Of a stretch of DNA of 64,000 nucleotides, positions 44,316 through 58,617 are shown piece by piece. The notes beneath the pieces are model-generated. The model ran no database searches. It saw only the letters and a program-made list of their open reading frames with translations, and was not told the DNA's origin. The stretch is from the NCBI GenBank assembly GCA_965112735.1, contig OZ218951.1, forward strand, positions 5,394,001 through 5,458,000, written 5' to 3'. The stretch comes from Phaeosaccion multiseriatum. Lineage: Eukaryota > Protista > Ochrophyta, other classes. Made by a program: the position numbers and the translations under genes. Position 1 is the first letter of the stretch; each line of letters opens with the position of its first letter.

Positions 44316-47300
44316 GGAACGATACTGCACCGCCACGGGGTCGTCACTGGCCTGAGCTGCACGTACAAGCGCCTCAGAGAGGACCGCCGAGTGCTCTGTC
44401 TCCTGCCTCTGCATGTGCGTGTTGAGCTGTTGGAGCTGGGCCTGCAGCTGCTTGAGCTGTGACTGGAGCAAGCGGTTGTGGGCGCGTGCTTCCACGGCAT
44501 CCCGTCGCAGGCTCTGCGTTGGTGTGTGGTGTGGGGTGTGGATGGAGTATGACATTCCGTGGTGTGTAACGTACGTGCGTGTGGTAGCGGGCAAATAGAA
44601 CAGGCATACGTTCGTAGAGCGAGCAGAGCGGAAGGAGGGGCCAGTGAGTGAATCAGCGCCGGCGTGGGGAATGAATGGGTTTGCAGGTGTGTCTCAAGGT
44701 GGGCTAAACCCAAATCAACACAACGGAAGAAACGAAAGTCGTGTGTGATGAGGAAGGAGTACGAAGGTGGATGGGCTGGACAGAGTGGGGCTATTGCAGG
44801 ACGGATGGATAGAGGGAGGCAAAAAACAGAGGTAGACAGACAGCGGCCATCATCACTCGGCTCTCCGCTCACCTTGACGAGCTTAGTCTTGTTGCTGGCC
44901 GGAGTTGCTCGCCTCTCAGCCCCAGTCACGCTATTCTCGCTTCCTCCTCCCTCGCCCTCGTGCTCTGCCCTTGGCACCCTCCCCTTGTCTTCCTCCTCCT
45001 CCTCCTCTCCTTCCTCCTCCTCCTCCTCTCCTTCCTTCTCCTCCTCCTCCTCCTCCTCCTCCTCCTCCTCCTCTATCTCCTCCATGTCCTCCTCCTCCTC
45101 CTCCTCGCTCCTCCTCCTCCTCCTCCTCCTCCTGCTCAGCCTCGTACCCCCCTCCCCCTGCCCCTGCCCATACGCCTGCCCATGTGACTGCATCAAAAGC
45201 TTGGCCTGCGCTCTCCCCAGCCCCGTCGAAGCCTCCATGAGCCTTGCCTCAAGCAATTTCACACGCGACTCAAGCACCTTCTCCCGCTCGGAGGACTCCG
45301 CAGTAGGCGCGATGGCAGCCAAAGGACCCCCCGAGGGGGCAGGAGAGGGCCTGCCTGCCTCCACCTCTGCTCCTGCCCCTCCGGTTGGCTCTACCACTGC
45401 TCTTGGCTCTGCTGCCGCGGCCACAGCGGCGGCGCCTCCGAACTGAGACGGATATCTTCCCTTCGACTCTGGGGCATGAGGAGTCAGCAGCACGACGGAA
45501 GACTTCCCTCCAGCTCCCGTGCTGGCAGCAGTTGGTGGTACAGCAACAGCAGCAGCAGGTGCCGTGGCAGCGGAGTGCGAGTGTGTGTGCGTGTGTGCGG
45601 GTGCGTGCGTGGCCTGCTGCGGCGGGTATGGATGGGCGGAGTTGTAACCGCCGCGCTTGAGAGCATGCATTTGTGCAGCGCTCCGACGCTCGAGGTCTTG
45701 CAACTGAGAGGGAAGCGAGGGGCCATACCATAAGTCGAGCAAAAGTCGCACTGTGTCAAGGAAAACAGCAGCGAGTAGGCATGTGGGTGCTTTCGGTCCT
45801 TTCTCTCCTTTCTCTCCTCTGCCGTCCGGCCCAACCCCGCCAGGCCTCATCCCCCATATGCCTGCAATGCCTTCTCCTCCAACCCGCACTCTCTCACTAA
45901 CCTTTTTAATGTAGAAGGCGCGGACCTTCTCTACCTCAGCTGCAGCAGACGCCCCTCCTCCTCCTCCTCCTCCTCCTCCTCCTCCTCCTCCTCCTCCTCC
46001 CCCAGCAGTGGAGGTGGCGGCGCTAGCGTCGGTGTGTGTGTGGGCGTGTGCACGTGCCTGTGTGTGTGCGTGTGCATCTCCTCCTCCTCCCTCCAACTCG
46101 GAAACCTTCCTCTCCAGCCCCAGGCGGACTCGCTCGTGCTCCTGCCTCAGAGTGCGAAGTTTCAATTCGTACGTCTGCCGCAGAGTGGCGGCCTCTCGCT
46201 CCAAATCGGAGATGCGTCCCTCGTACCCTGCATACGTAGGTACGCACGTAGGGTCATACGTAGGGGTGTCGTGAACGTTTACGTGCAGGTAGCACACATG
46301 GCCAGCAGAGGGATCCATTTCTGAGCCAACACCGCCAAGTGTTGCACGACGCACGCACACAGCACACGTGCACACACGCAGAGACATACACACACGTACG
46401 TACGTGCGCACACACGCACGCACGCACGCACGCACACGCATGCACACACACACACACGCACACACACTTGTTTCCGTACCGTGTGTCTCTCTCTCCTGAT
46501 CGGAGGAGGGTCTGTTGGCCTGAATGAGACTGGCGATGCTGTCGGGGCGGCGGCGGCGAAACGCCTCCTGAAGCTCCGCGAGGAGGCCTTCCAGCTCCTG
46601 AGAAGGAGTGGGGTAAGTCAATGATTGGTTTGCTTTAAGCGGGCATCGAGGTTGCCCATTGCAGCACAGAGGCTCACACGCACGCGTTAGTTGGTTGGTT
46701 GGTTGGTTGGTTGGTTGGTTGGTTCGTTGGATGGGCTGATGTATAGGGCCCCTTCTCTCTTCCTCTCTCTCTCACCCACTCACTCACCTTGATTCTCCTT
46801 GCAGCCGCCGCACCTCCAAGCCTCGCCACCCCTGCTGGTCCCACCTTGCCCTTGCCATCGGCCTTGCCATCGGCCTTGCTCGTGCTGCCCTTGCCGATAC
46901 CCTGTGTGGTGCTGCCGTCCTTACTGTCACCCTCTCCAGCCGTTGAGTCAGAAGCCGACTCAGCATCCGAATCAGACGCACCAGTTGGTGATTCAGCGGC
47001 GCCATCCCTCAGCATAGCCCTGAGCTTGTTGATTTGGCGCTGCTGTTGCTCCTTCTCCTCCGCCATGTGTTCAAGAAGCTGCTGATTCTCAATGTACCAA
47101 GCCAGCTGCAATCAGGCACACACAGATGAGAGAGGGGGGGCGTGGGAGGGGGCAGAGAGAGAGAGGCAAAGGCAGAGGGAGTGAGAGAGAGGGGGAGAGA
47201 CAAAGAGAGTGGGGGCGGGGAGAGACAAAGAGGGAGACATGAAGAGATGGTGACAGCGAGAGAGAGAGAGAGAGAGGCAGCAAGAGAGAGCAAGGAGGAA

Positions 47301-50300
47301 GGTTGGAGATAAGACCCGTACGGAGGCGAAGGAGGGCCGAAAGAGGATGTGAGGTATCTGACTGCTTGCCCCATACTCCTGCCCCCCCCCCCCCCCCCGG
47401 ACGAGTATGTCACCTTCTTGCGCAAGGTCTTCTCCTCCTCCTCGTGCCGCTCCTCCTCCTCCCGCAGCAGCCGTTTCAGCTGTTCCACCTCCATGCCCAC
47501 CTCATCACCCCCTTGAGATATCCCGCCCCCTTGGGTCTCGCGCTTCTCCTTCTTGCGCAGGCGGTCCAGTTCGACTTTCAGCTCATTCTCCCTCTCCGTC
47601 CACCCCTGGGCCGCGTCTTGTAGGGCGCTGACCTGTTTCTCTAAGTCGAGGCGAATTCGCGAGGCCTCCGCGTCGCCTTCGTGGCTGTCCAGCCTGTGCG
47701 TGTTGGGGGGGGGGGTGTCGTCACAGATGGCGGGAGGGGTTAAGTGTGACCAACACGCATATTTGAACGGGAACTCTCTGCTTGACTGAATGGTTGACTA
47801 CCTGGCTACTTGACTGACTGACGGAGAACCATGTGACGGATGGACTGATTGACCAACTGGCTGAAGGCCTGACTGACTGACTGACTGACTGACTGAATGG
47901 CTGCCTGGCTAACTGACTGACGGACTGACTGACTGACTGAATGACTGCCTGACTAACTGACAGACGGACTGACTGACTACGACTGACTGATTCACTGACT
48001 GATTGACTGACTGACTGACTGACTGACTGACTGAATGACTGCCTGACTGAGTGACCGACGGACTGAATGAATGACTGACTGACTGACAGACTGCCTGACT
48101 GACTGTGCCCCCACTGACTGACTGACCGACTGACCTGCTTTGGAGGTGGTTCATCCCCTTGTTAAGCGCCTCTCTCTCGTGGAACAGTGCCACACGCTCC
48201 CTGCTGAACGCTTCCTTCTCCTACACAGCACACACACATCGCAAACAGCACAGTACAGCGTCAGTTTCAGTTCAAGCATAGCTAACTTGAGCCGAACCAG
48301 CCAATGATTGACAGCATAGCTGAGTTGAGCCGAACCAGCCAATGACTGACAGCCAAACCCCTCTCCTGACTACAGAGCACTCAACGAAACGAACGATACC
48401 AATATATGCATATATATATATATATATGATGTTAATGGAGACCCAAATCACCATCAGGGAGGGTGAGGGTTCATACGCCTTTCATCATCATCCCACTGCC
48501 GTCGCCATCCATGAGTCCACCTACCCACCCACCCACCCATCCACCCATCCACCCACCCACCCACCCACTGCCATCTGCCCTCACCTGCTTGGCGGCCAGT
48601 ACAAGTTTCTCATTCTCCCTCTGGAAGCCGTCGAGGAGCCTCTCCTGGATGTCCAACTGCTTAAGCAGTGCCGCCTCCCTCTGCCGCAGCTTTCCAACCA
48701 GAGTCCGTGCCTCCTCACCCGTCAATGCTTCCTCACTCGCCGCGTCTCCCCCTCCTTCTCCTCCTGCTTCTCCTCCTTCTCCTCCTCCTCCTCCTCCTCC
48801 TCCTCCTCCTCCTTCTGCAGACGATGCTGTAGCACTCTCCCCCCCTGCTGGTGCCGCTGCTGTATCACCAACTGCTGTTGCTACCGCTCCCCCTCTCCCA
48901 GTCATGATGGGCCATCGCTCCTTGAGCGTGCACTGAGAGAGAGGCAGGGATGGCAGTGGAGGATGGGGTGGGGCAACAACGAACGGCACGGGGACAGGTT
49001 GGGGAAAGGTCCGGGAAAGGTGTTCTATGGAGCTTGTTCGCAGCACGCACTCACACGCACACACGCACACATACACAATACACACACAGACACACACATA
49101 TATACACATATGCACACACACATATACACACATGCACACACACACACACATGCGCACCCACACACACGCACTCACACACCCCTCCATCCTGCCTCCTCAC
49201 TGACCTGCAAGGCGTAAACCTCTGCCCGTGCGGACTCGAGCTCCTCCGCCATGGCGGCGACGTCATCATTACCCCGAGCAGGAACATGACTAGTCCGTGC
49301 GGCAACCGCGGTGACGTCATCGGCCAGCCGTTTCACCTCCTCCTCCCTCTCTGCAAGGAGCGCCTCTCTGCCCCGCAGCGCCATCTCCTCTCTCAAGAGG
49401 GCTTCTTTGGCCGCAAAGAGATCGCTTGGGTCCAACCCAGACGCACGCACGCCCCCTGTGACTCCAGTACGACCAACGCCTGCACCACCAGCTGCACCAC
49501 CAGGGGCACCCCTAGCAGGTGTAGCGGTTGGTGATACGCCGCCCACGAAGCCCAGGGGAAAGCCTGTGGGAACATCGTCGTAGTCGACTTGCTCGCGGGT
49601 GGTGCCTACGAGGAAAGGGGAGAGAGAAGGGGGGTGGGAAGGGTTCAGAGGCAGAGAATGAGGTGGACATGAGCGGTGCGGGCAAACGCAAACAAACGCC
49701 TGGGATATGTACAAGACGGGATAGAGAGAGGGAGGAGAGAAGAGAGGGGAGAGAGAGGGGGGTTGCCAGAGGGGGAAGCAAGGCAGTACAAATCCCTTCC
49801 TCTTCCTCTTCCTCCTCCTTCCCACTCACCGAGTTGCTGCCTCCTCCGTGCGTCTCGCAAAAGCTTCTTGCGATGGCTCTGTAACCGCCGCTCCTCTTCC
49901 TTCCTCTCCCCCTGCCGCCTGCGCTGCTGCGCCCCCTGCGTCTGCAGCACCTGTTGGTACTTCGCAGAGTCCGCCAAGATACGCTGACCCTCCTCGGTGT
50001 CCCTCCAGCCCCCCCTCTTGTTGTGTTTTGAACTCGAGGAGTTGTTCTTTGAGCTCGAGGGAGGATGGTACTGGTGCTGCAGGCTCACTTTACTTGTGCC
50101 TATCGCATGGAGTTGGGGGCATTGGGGTATAGGGTATAGGGTACAGGGTATAGGGTATGGGGTATGGGGTGTAAGGTATAGGGTATAGGGCATAGGGTAT
50201 GGGCTATGGGGTGCAGGGGGTAGGGTATACCTTATAGGGTATAGGGTATGGGGTATAGGGTATAGGGTTTAGGGTATAGGGTATAGGGTATGGGGTATAG

Positions 50301-53300
50301 GGTATAGGGTATAGAATACGGGGTATGGGTTATGGGGTATGGGGTGCAGGGTATGGGACTTGATGGGTCATGGGGTATAGTGTGTAGGGTAAAGGGTATA
50401 GGACATAGGGGTGACGGGTGTCGGGTGTGTGTTGGATACAGTGGCGAAAGGAGCGCATCGTGAGCGAGAGAGAACGCGCTGACGATATGGAGGAGGTAGT
50501 GAGCGGGAGAGAGAGAGCTAACGATGGAGAGAGGAAGCAGTGAGCGAGAGAGAGAGAGAGCTGACGATATAGAGGAGGTAGTGAGCGAGAGAGAGCTAAC
50601 GATGGAGAGAGGAAGCAGTGAGCGAGAGAGAGAGAGCTGACGATAGAGAGGAGGTAGTGAGCGAGAGAGAGCTAACGATGGAGAGAGGAAGCAGTGAGCG
50701 AGAGAGAGAGACAGCGGATGATAGAGGGGAGGTAGTGAGCGAGAGAGAGCTAACGATGGAGAGAGGAAGCAGTAAGCGAGAGAGAGAGACAGCTGACGAT
50801 AGAGAGGAGGTAGTGAGCGAGAGAGAGCTAACGATGGAGAGAGGAAGCAGTGAGCGAGAGAGAGAGAGCTGACGATAGAGAGGAGGTAGTGAGCGAGAGA
50901 GAGCTAACGATGGAGAGAGGAAGCAGTAAGCGAGAGAGAGAGACAGCGGATGATAGAGGGGAGGTAGTGAGCGAGAGAGAGCTAACGATGGAGAGAGGAA
51001 GCAGGAAGCAAGAGAGAGACAGCTGACGGCCCTCACCAAGGACTTACCTGGAATGGGTATGTCTTTGAGCTTGCCCAGGTGATACTGCAGCTCACTAAAG
51101 TGCGGCGAGCGGGCAATAATGTCCAGAGAGAGGGGTGGAGGGGAGGGGGGAGGGCTGCCGGGCAGGGCTACAGCCGCCCCAGGGGGGGGTGCCCCAGGGG
51201 GGGGGGGAGGGGGTGAAGAGGCACCTGCAGAGGCAGACATCGGGTGAGAGGGAGAGGAAGGCGTATGGGTGCATGTGCGTGCGTGTGTGTGCGCGTGTGT
51301 ACGTGTGTGTGTACGAGTGTGTGCGCTTGGGTGTGTGTGCGCGTGGGTGTGTGTGCCGTCCGTCTCCGTCATTCACACAAACACTAACCTGTGCGAGGCC
51401 CTCCAAGAGGTCGCTGTCGCCATTTGGGGGCGTTGGAGGAAGAGGACGAGAGCCTGGCGTGGGCGGGGGGGGGCGGGAAGGGGGGCGGGGGCGGAGCAGA
51501 CCCCGGGGGGGACGGAGAGCGGCCCGCGAATCTGCTGCCATCCCGACCCCGATGGCCCAGGGGGGGGCGTGAGTGTGAGGGTAGGGGGTCTTCTTCCCCA
51601 GACTGGAGTGAAGCGCCGCCGTCGCCGCCGCCGCCGTCAGAAGAGTGGTAGAATCGTCTCGGTGCGCTGCTTGCGCTGTTTGGGTCTCCTCCCTCGACTG
51701 CCATCCTCTCTTGGCGGCCACGGTAGTACTCTGCCTCTCCTCCCTCGTGGTGAGATCGCTGCCCATATGACTGATGCTGCTGCCCGTCCTTCCCCAGGGG
51801 CTGAGGCTCCGCAGTGCCTCCTTCCTCCCCCCCGCCCTGCTCATGCTCATACCGGTACTGATGATGGGCCTCTGCAGCAGTTGGTTCTCCGTCTCCAGGT
51901 GGCGTCACAGTATCCCCACCTTGAGAACAAGGGGGAGGAGAAGACAAAGCATTGCTCTGACTCGCCTCCCCCTCCACCCCCACTTTTGCCATTTGTGAGC
52001 CCCTCCTTTCCAGAGTCTCGTGCCGCTCCTCGCCGTCTGCTCCTCCTCTCCTTGAAGGAGCGTCTTCTTCTCTCCTCCGTCCCTCCTCCTCACTACTGTG
52101 ACCCGTCTGTCCCATCTGCTGCTGTATCACCAACTCCTGCTCTTCCTCTGCGGTCTTTTTCAGTGCGGCAGCAACAAAGTCCACCAGCCCCCCCGCTCCT
52201 TCTCCTCCTCCTCCTCCTCCTCCTCCTCCTCCTCCTCCTCCTCCTCCTCCTGCTCCTCCTCCTCCTCCTCCTCCACCACCTCCTCCACCACCACCCTCAT
52301 CTCGCTCTCCCTCTCCTTGGCCTCCTCCAGCTGCAACTGCACCATCTGCGCCGGCCCTGCCCCCCTCCGCCGCCCCGTCTGTTCTTCCGTCCATACCCTT
52401 GTATGCCCGGTCGGTCCCCCCTTCCCCCCCCTTCACCTCCCCTTCCCCCTCCCCCTCCTCCTCCTCCGCCGCGTGGAAGTCTTCTTCGTAGCTAAAGCCG
52501 TAGTCTTCCCCGTCTTCCGTGCCTCCTGCTGTATCACCAACTTGTGCCCCTGCTGCCCTATCACCAACTGCTTCCCCTCCTCCCTCCCTCTCGCCCTCCT
52601 CCTCCTCCTCCTGCTCCTGCTGCCCCCCATCCTTCGTCGATGTCTCAACAACTGCAGTACCACCAGCTGCTGCTGCACCCCCAGGCCTCCCTTCCTCCAC
52701 CCTCTTGCCTCCCCGCTCCCTCCTCCCCCCTCCAAACGCATCATCGTCGCCATCTGTTAGAGAGCTTCTCCTGCTCCTCCTGCGCCTCCTCTCCCGGCCC
52801 CCCATGGCAGCATCTGAGTCACCATCGCCATCACCATCATCATCATCATCATCACCATCATCCTCACCATCTCCATCAGCAGCATCCCTTTTACCCTCCT
52901 CGCTCCCCTTGCTGCCCCTTCCTCCCTTCTTCTTCCTCCCCCGCCTCTCAGACACCTCCTCCTCGCCCTCGCCCTCCCCCCGACTGCTGCCGTTACTGTT
53001 GCCCGCACCATCCCTACCCTTATGACGGGAAGACGTGTTTGAAGACAACGAAGACGGCCCGGAGCCTCTACCTGAGCCTGACTCGGAGGAGAAGGTTTCC
53101 GACTTCAATCTGCGCAGGCTCTGGGCGAAGTCGGCAAAGGAGCTCTTCATAGAGCCGGGCGTGCCCACGGAAGAGGTCGCGCCTCCTTCTTCGCTCAAGA
53201 GCCCGGCTCCGCTTCCTACTCTGGCTCTCGCTGCTGCTGCTCCTCCTGCGGCGGCTTCATCCCCACCGTAGCCCTCCTGTTCCACCCCCCCATGCAGTAT

Positions 53301-53832
53301 CCCTGCTGACGAGCTGCCCGACAGGAGCCCGGCCGGTGAGGCCCCTCCGGCAGGGCTGTTAGAGGCGCTGCCTGTGCCCACCGAGAGGCGAGTGCGCTCG
53401 AGAATCTCCTTCACTCGCTCCCCCATGTCCATCGGAGGACCTCTTTCTCCTCCTCTTTCCTCGGTGTGGATGCCAAGCTTGCCACTTCCCCCAAGCGCAC
53501 TCTTGCTCTTACTCTTGCTCTTGCTGCTGCTACCGCTCTTGCTCGTACCGCTCCTACGCTTGTGGCGATCACGACTCCCCGCCCCTCGGGACGATGACGC
53601 GTTGCCGCCGCCGCTGCTGCTGGTGCCCTGCTCCTCGCCCTTTCTCCTGCTCCGGCTGCTGCTACCGCTCGCCCCCCCGGTCCGAGTGCTACTGCTTGTG
53701 CGGCCCGGCCCCCTGGCAGTCGTGTCCACTGCAAAGTTGTACATGTCATCGTCGTCCTCCTCCTCCTCTCCGTGCTTGCCAAGGGTGGAGGCGCCTCCGT
53801 ACGGGTCTACATCAGCGTAGAGGTCGTCGTCT
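43746..53832 (-). CDS. CEP162: CEP162-like centriolar coiled-coil protein, multi-exon; start not resolved
   Basis: QLAWYIENQQLLE, ELQEAFRRRRPDSIASLI, LRTLRQEHERVR, VEVMERRHLQREAEL, KEEQVHSFRQQLSELL parallel remembered CEP162 C-terminal motifs. Long disordered N-terminal exon. Confidence 0.72.
50123..50410. repeat. Degenerate 7-bp (GGGTATA/GGGGTAT)n telomere-like intronic repeat
   Basis: Visible heptamer array including one GGGTTTAGGG. Confidence 0.85.
50460..51027. repeat. Intronic minisatellite of alternating GAGCGAGAGAGAGCTAACGATGGAGAGAGGAAGCAGT / GCTGACGATAGAGAGGAGGTAGT subunits
   Basis: Directly visible, several copies. Confidence 0.9.
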
Positions 53833-54530
53833 GGAAGAGAAGAAGGAAGGACAATAGGGTGGGGAGCCGGAGGAGGGGGGTGATGGGTCGATAGAGCGAG
53901 AGGAGGAGGGGGGTTGGGGGAGGGGGTGAGAAGAAGGAGGAAGACAAAGGCCTTGGAGGCGGGAGGGGTGGACGTTTGGAGTTGGTTGGAAGGGTTGTGT
54001 GTGTTCACGTACATTGAGAGTCGTAGTGCCCAGCTCCGTACATGCTTGACCCTCCCTAGCGTGTGCGAGAGCCGTCTCTCTCGGCTGCCTCCCGCCACGT
54101 ACTACTTCCCTCCCTTACACGTCCGCCCCCATTTCAAATATAGGGGAGCACCTTCCAACCCCCCCTCTGGAGCCTCCTCGGCACGCCGGAGACAGAAAGC
54201 TACAGACCTGCCAAAGCTTGGAGCGTCAATAGCTCTGCTACCGCTGTACCTTGCTACGAGTGCTCCAGCGCCTCTTCCAATCGCCTTTCACATGCCCAAC
54301 GATCAAGATTTCCAATATCCGTGTTCTTCGACAAGTGGTTATCCGGCCACCCGTCCCGGGCGACGACGCGCCGGGAAGTCAAAAATCACAAATCACAATA
54401 TACACGATCGAGCCCTGTGGTCCCCTACTTGTGGGGGACGGTTCTTTGGCAATAAGAAACCTTGCCACTCACAGGGAGGTCCTTATCAGCACGGGCCTGA
54501 AAGATAAAGAAGGAGGGGGAGCGAGGAAAG

Positions 54531-54683
54531 ATGAAATGCGGCTACGGAACCCCGCTCTCGTTCGCTTTGGTACTAGTAGGGCTGATGGCGGGCTCGTGGT
54601 GGAGCTTTGCGGGTATGTGGAGGGGAGCACTCGTCACGGAGGCAGGCCTCGATGAAATGGTGAGAGAGAGAAAGAGAGAGAGA

Positions 54684-54721
<38 letters not shown>

Positions 54722-57700
54722 GAGAGAGAGAAGAGCGAAAAGATGGGCAAGACGGTGTCGTAGGGGGGCGTCAGTGGAGGACAGGTACCGCAGCAATGGT
54801 TTGTTTCGAGGGCGTTCGCCCCCCGATGGATCGCATGGGCTTGCTGCCCAGCAGACAAGCAAAAGGACAAGAGATGATGGTACGCCTCCACAAACACAAA
54901 CCAGCAACGAAAGGCACAAGTCAACCTCATCTAGCGGCGATCCCAAGCATCAAAATGATGTGACTGAATTGCACCTCTCCCCTCTCTCCTTCACCTCTTC
55001 CTCTGCCTGTTCTGCCTTCTCCTTTCTCCTCCTGCCAACGAATGGACGCCCCCCCCTGCCTCACGGAATCATGATGATGCCACAGAACGGCTTCTACCTG
55101 TGGGACGAGCGACAGAGCATCTTCGCTCAAGCAGGCTGCAAGGCGATGGGGGGCTGGTCCTCGCCCTTTTGGTCCTCCTCGACGGGAAGGGAAAGGGTCC
55201 CTGATGCATTCGCTCTCGGCTGGATGACACCGGAGGTGAGTAAGTCAAGTAAGACCAGAAAGACACGCACGCACACACACACGCACGTTAAAGAACACTC
55301 CTCCTCATGCTAAGACCCCCGAGGAAGTCAAACAAAGCGTGTAGCTTTAGTAGCACTAGCACCTTGGTCGTCCTGTAGTGGCCACATCGGTCTCTTCCCA
55401 CCGCCCTCCAGCAGAGATAGCCTTCTTCTCCTCAGCCACGCCTTGTTCCTTCCTGCCCATGCCCCTGATCTCTTCTTCTTCTTCTTCTCCTTCCCCTTCC
55501 CCTCCTCCTTCTCCTTCTCCTTCTCCTCCTCCTCCTCCTCCTCCTCCTCCTCCTCCTCCTCCTCCTCCTCCTCTGCTTTCTCGCCTTCTCGTCGGTCTCC
55601 TCCTCTGCCACTCCCTCTTTCCCTCTCTCACTCCCTCTCAACGACGCGGCCCCCTTCCAACCCCCTTAACTTACCACCGAAACTCGAATTCACCCACTGC
55701 ACTGCCCTTGAATTTCAGTTTGTGGACTCTCATCAACGCCTCCTCCTCCCTGTGGACGCCAAGAAAGCCCCCGGGGTCTGGGGTCTGGGCAGCCTCGTCG
55801 AGGTGAAGTGTAAAGTTTCCGTCTCGGCTGTATGGTTGACCTCTGATATATATACAAAATCGAAATCGATGTTGTAGGCTCTCCGGCTCAGCTTGGGGGT
55901 GAAACGTATCTGTCACCCTCTCTCAACCCTTCAGTGTAATCTGTCGGAAGATTATGTCAGTACTACGTGTGCGTAAATAGTAGTAATCCCTCCCCTACCC
56001 CCTACCCACCCACCCCCTGCGCTCCCCATATCTCAGGTCAAGGGCCAGTTCGGCAGTAAGGCAGTGAAGCTTGCGTACGTGAGCGACCCCAGTCCGGTCA
56101 TTAATGGACAGAACTTGCCCCCGGGGGGGAGGGACGCTTGGAGTGTCTATCCGGACCTCAAAGGTGGGTATGGGGCATGGGGTATAGGAGGGGGGTTTCA
56201 AGGCCGTTGTTGAAGGCTCCTCTTGGTCGTTCGCTGTACGTAACGAACAACCAACCGCCTTCCCCTCGGGTGGTACGGTCTCATGTCTCTCTCATGTCCT
56301 ATGTCATTAGACAACGCCGCCGCTGCATCATCCTTGCCATGGGTGCGTGTGTGCGCACGGGCCCCTCAGCAGGAGACGCTCAGCCCCTTGGCAAAGGCCA
56401 AGAAGAAAAAGAAGAAGACCAAAAAGTGAGTGCTCTGCTATGTATCACCAACTGCTCTGCCTGCTCTCGTCGCACAGATGGGGGAGGCTGTGCCTGTGCC
56501 TATGGGCTGCCATCTCATCCCTTCCCATCCCGTCCTCTGCCATCGCTTCCCACTGCCGCCTCACCCCATCCACTGCCATCCCATCCCATCCCTTCCCCAT
56601 CTCATCCACTGCCATCTCGTCCACTGCCATCCCATCCCTTCCCATCCATCCACTCCCATGTCATCCACTGCCCTCCCATCCCTTCCCATCCATCCACTGC
56701 CATCTCGTCCGCTGCCATCCCATCCCTTCCCATCTCATCCACTGCCATCCCATCCCTTCCCATCTCATCCACTGCCATCTCGTCCACTGCCATCCCATCC
56801 CTTCCCATCTCATCCCTTCCCATCCATCCACGACCATCTCATCCCCTCCACTGCCATCCCATCCCTTCCCATCCATCCACTACCATCTCATCCCCTCCAC
56901 TGCCATCCCTTCCCTTCCCATCTCATCCACTGCCATCTCGTCCACTGCCATCCTATCCCTTCCCTTCCATCCACTACCATCTCATCCCCTCCACTGCCAT
57001 CCCATCCCCCCCTTACAAAAAAACAGGGAGGGCATTACCCAGTTCCTCTCCCGTCCGGCCACCGCGCTGCTGCTGCTGCTCAACCTTGGAGGAGCTTACT
57101 ATCTCTGGTCGCAGAGGGTGAGGAAGGGATGCCAGTGGATTGGAGGGGATGGCAGTGGATGGGATGGATGGCAGTGGAGGGGCCTACTATCTCTTATCGC
57201 AGAGGATGAGGCTCCTTGAGGGACCATCTGAACTCAAGTGGCTTTCGTTGACTCGCACTGTCCTTCCTTCACTTCTTGACTGGCCTTTCCTTGCCTCTCT
57301 CTATGTCTCTCCCTATCCCTCCCTTCCTACCCTCCTCCCTCTCTCCCTCTCTCCCTCCCCGTCTTCCCCTCCTCTCTCCCTCCCTTCCCTCCCTCCCTCC
57401 CTCCCTCCTACCCCTTAGATCGACCCAGCTTCCGTGTCCATCAGTTACGAGAAGTTCGTCGGTGGCGAGTACTGGAGGGCCATCACCGCAAGCTTCAGCC
57501 ATTTTGAGGTACGTGTGCTTTACCTTTAGCTCTACCATTAGCTTTACCTTTGGATTGACCTTTGGGTTTTACCCCAAGGTTTATCTTCTTCCCCTTCTTC
57601 TCTCTTTTCCTCCTGGTCATACTGGTCATACTCCCTTTATACCTTTATACCGGCACCCTCTCGCTCGCTCGCCTCTCTCCGTCCCTCCCCTTCGTCCATC

Positions 57701-58138
57701 TCATTGGGTGCCTTCCCCTCAGCTCATGCATTTGGGGTTCAATATGATGTCCCTTTGGAATCTCGGTGAGTGAGGGAGTGAGTGAGGGAGGGAGGGAGGG
57801 AGGGAGGGAGTGAGGGAGTGAATGAGTGAGTGAGCGAGCAAGTGAGTGAGTGCGTGAGTGACAGTGAGTGAGTGAGCGAGTGAGTGAGTGAGTGAGAGAG
57901 TGAGTGAGTGAGTGATTAACCACACCCGGTCCAAGGGGGGGCTTCTCTTTTCGTGTGCTGCTGCCTGCGCATATGCAGCACTATGACCAAAGAAGGAAGT
58001 GATCACAGCAATATGACCAAGGAAGGAAGTTATCACAGCAACATGACCAAGGAAGGAAGTGATCACAGGATTGGCACACACGCACAGGCACTCACACATA
58101 CACACACTCACGTGCACACTCCCTCCCCCCCCCCCCAC

Positions 58139-58169
<31 letters not shown>

Positions 58170-58586
58170 GGGCGCCCACACACACACACACATGCGCGCG
58201 TACCGTCACTTCCACCCTTCCTCTCCCTCCCTCCCTCCCCTCCCTCCCCCAGGCGGTCTGGAGGCCTCCATAGGGTCCTTTCCTTACCTGTACCTCTCTG
58301 TGGATTTGGTCATCACCACCATACTTGCGGTCGTCGCTATGCAACACCTTCTCATCACCAAATACCACAATGAGGTAGGGAGGGACGGGAGGGGAGGGAG
58401 GGGAGGGGAGGGGAGGGGATGGGAGGGGAGGGGAGGGGAGGGAGGGGAGGGAGAGGAGCGGAGGGAGAGGAGGGGAGGGAAGGGAGGGGAGGGATGGGTT
58501 GCGAGTTGCTTGATTGCTTGGTTGAGTGAGTGAGTGAGTGAGTGATGGTTTGTTGCAATGATTGATTGCTTGGTTGAGTGAGTGAG

Positions 58587-58617
<31 letters not shown>

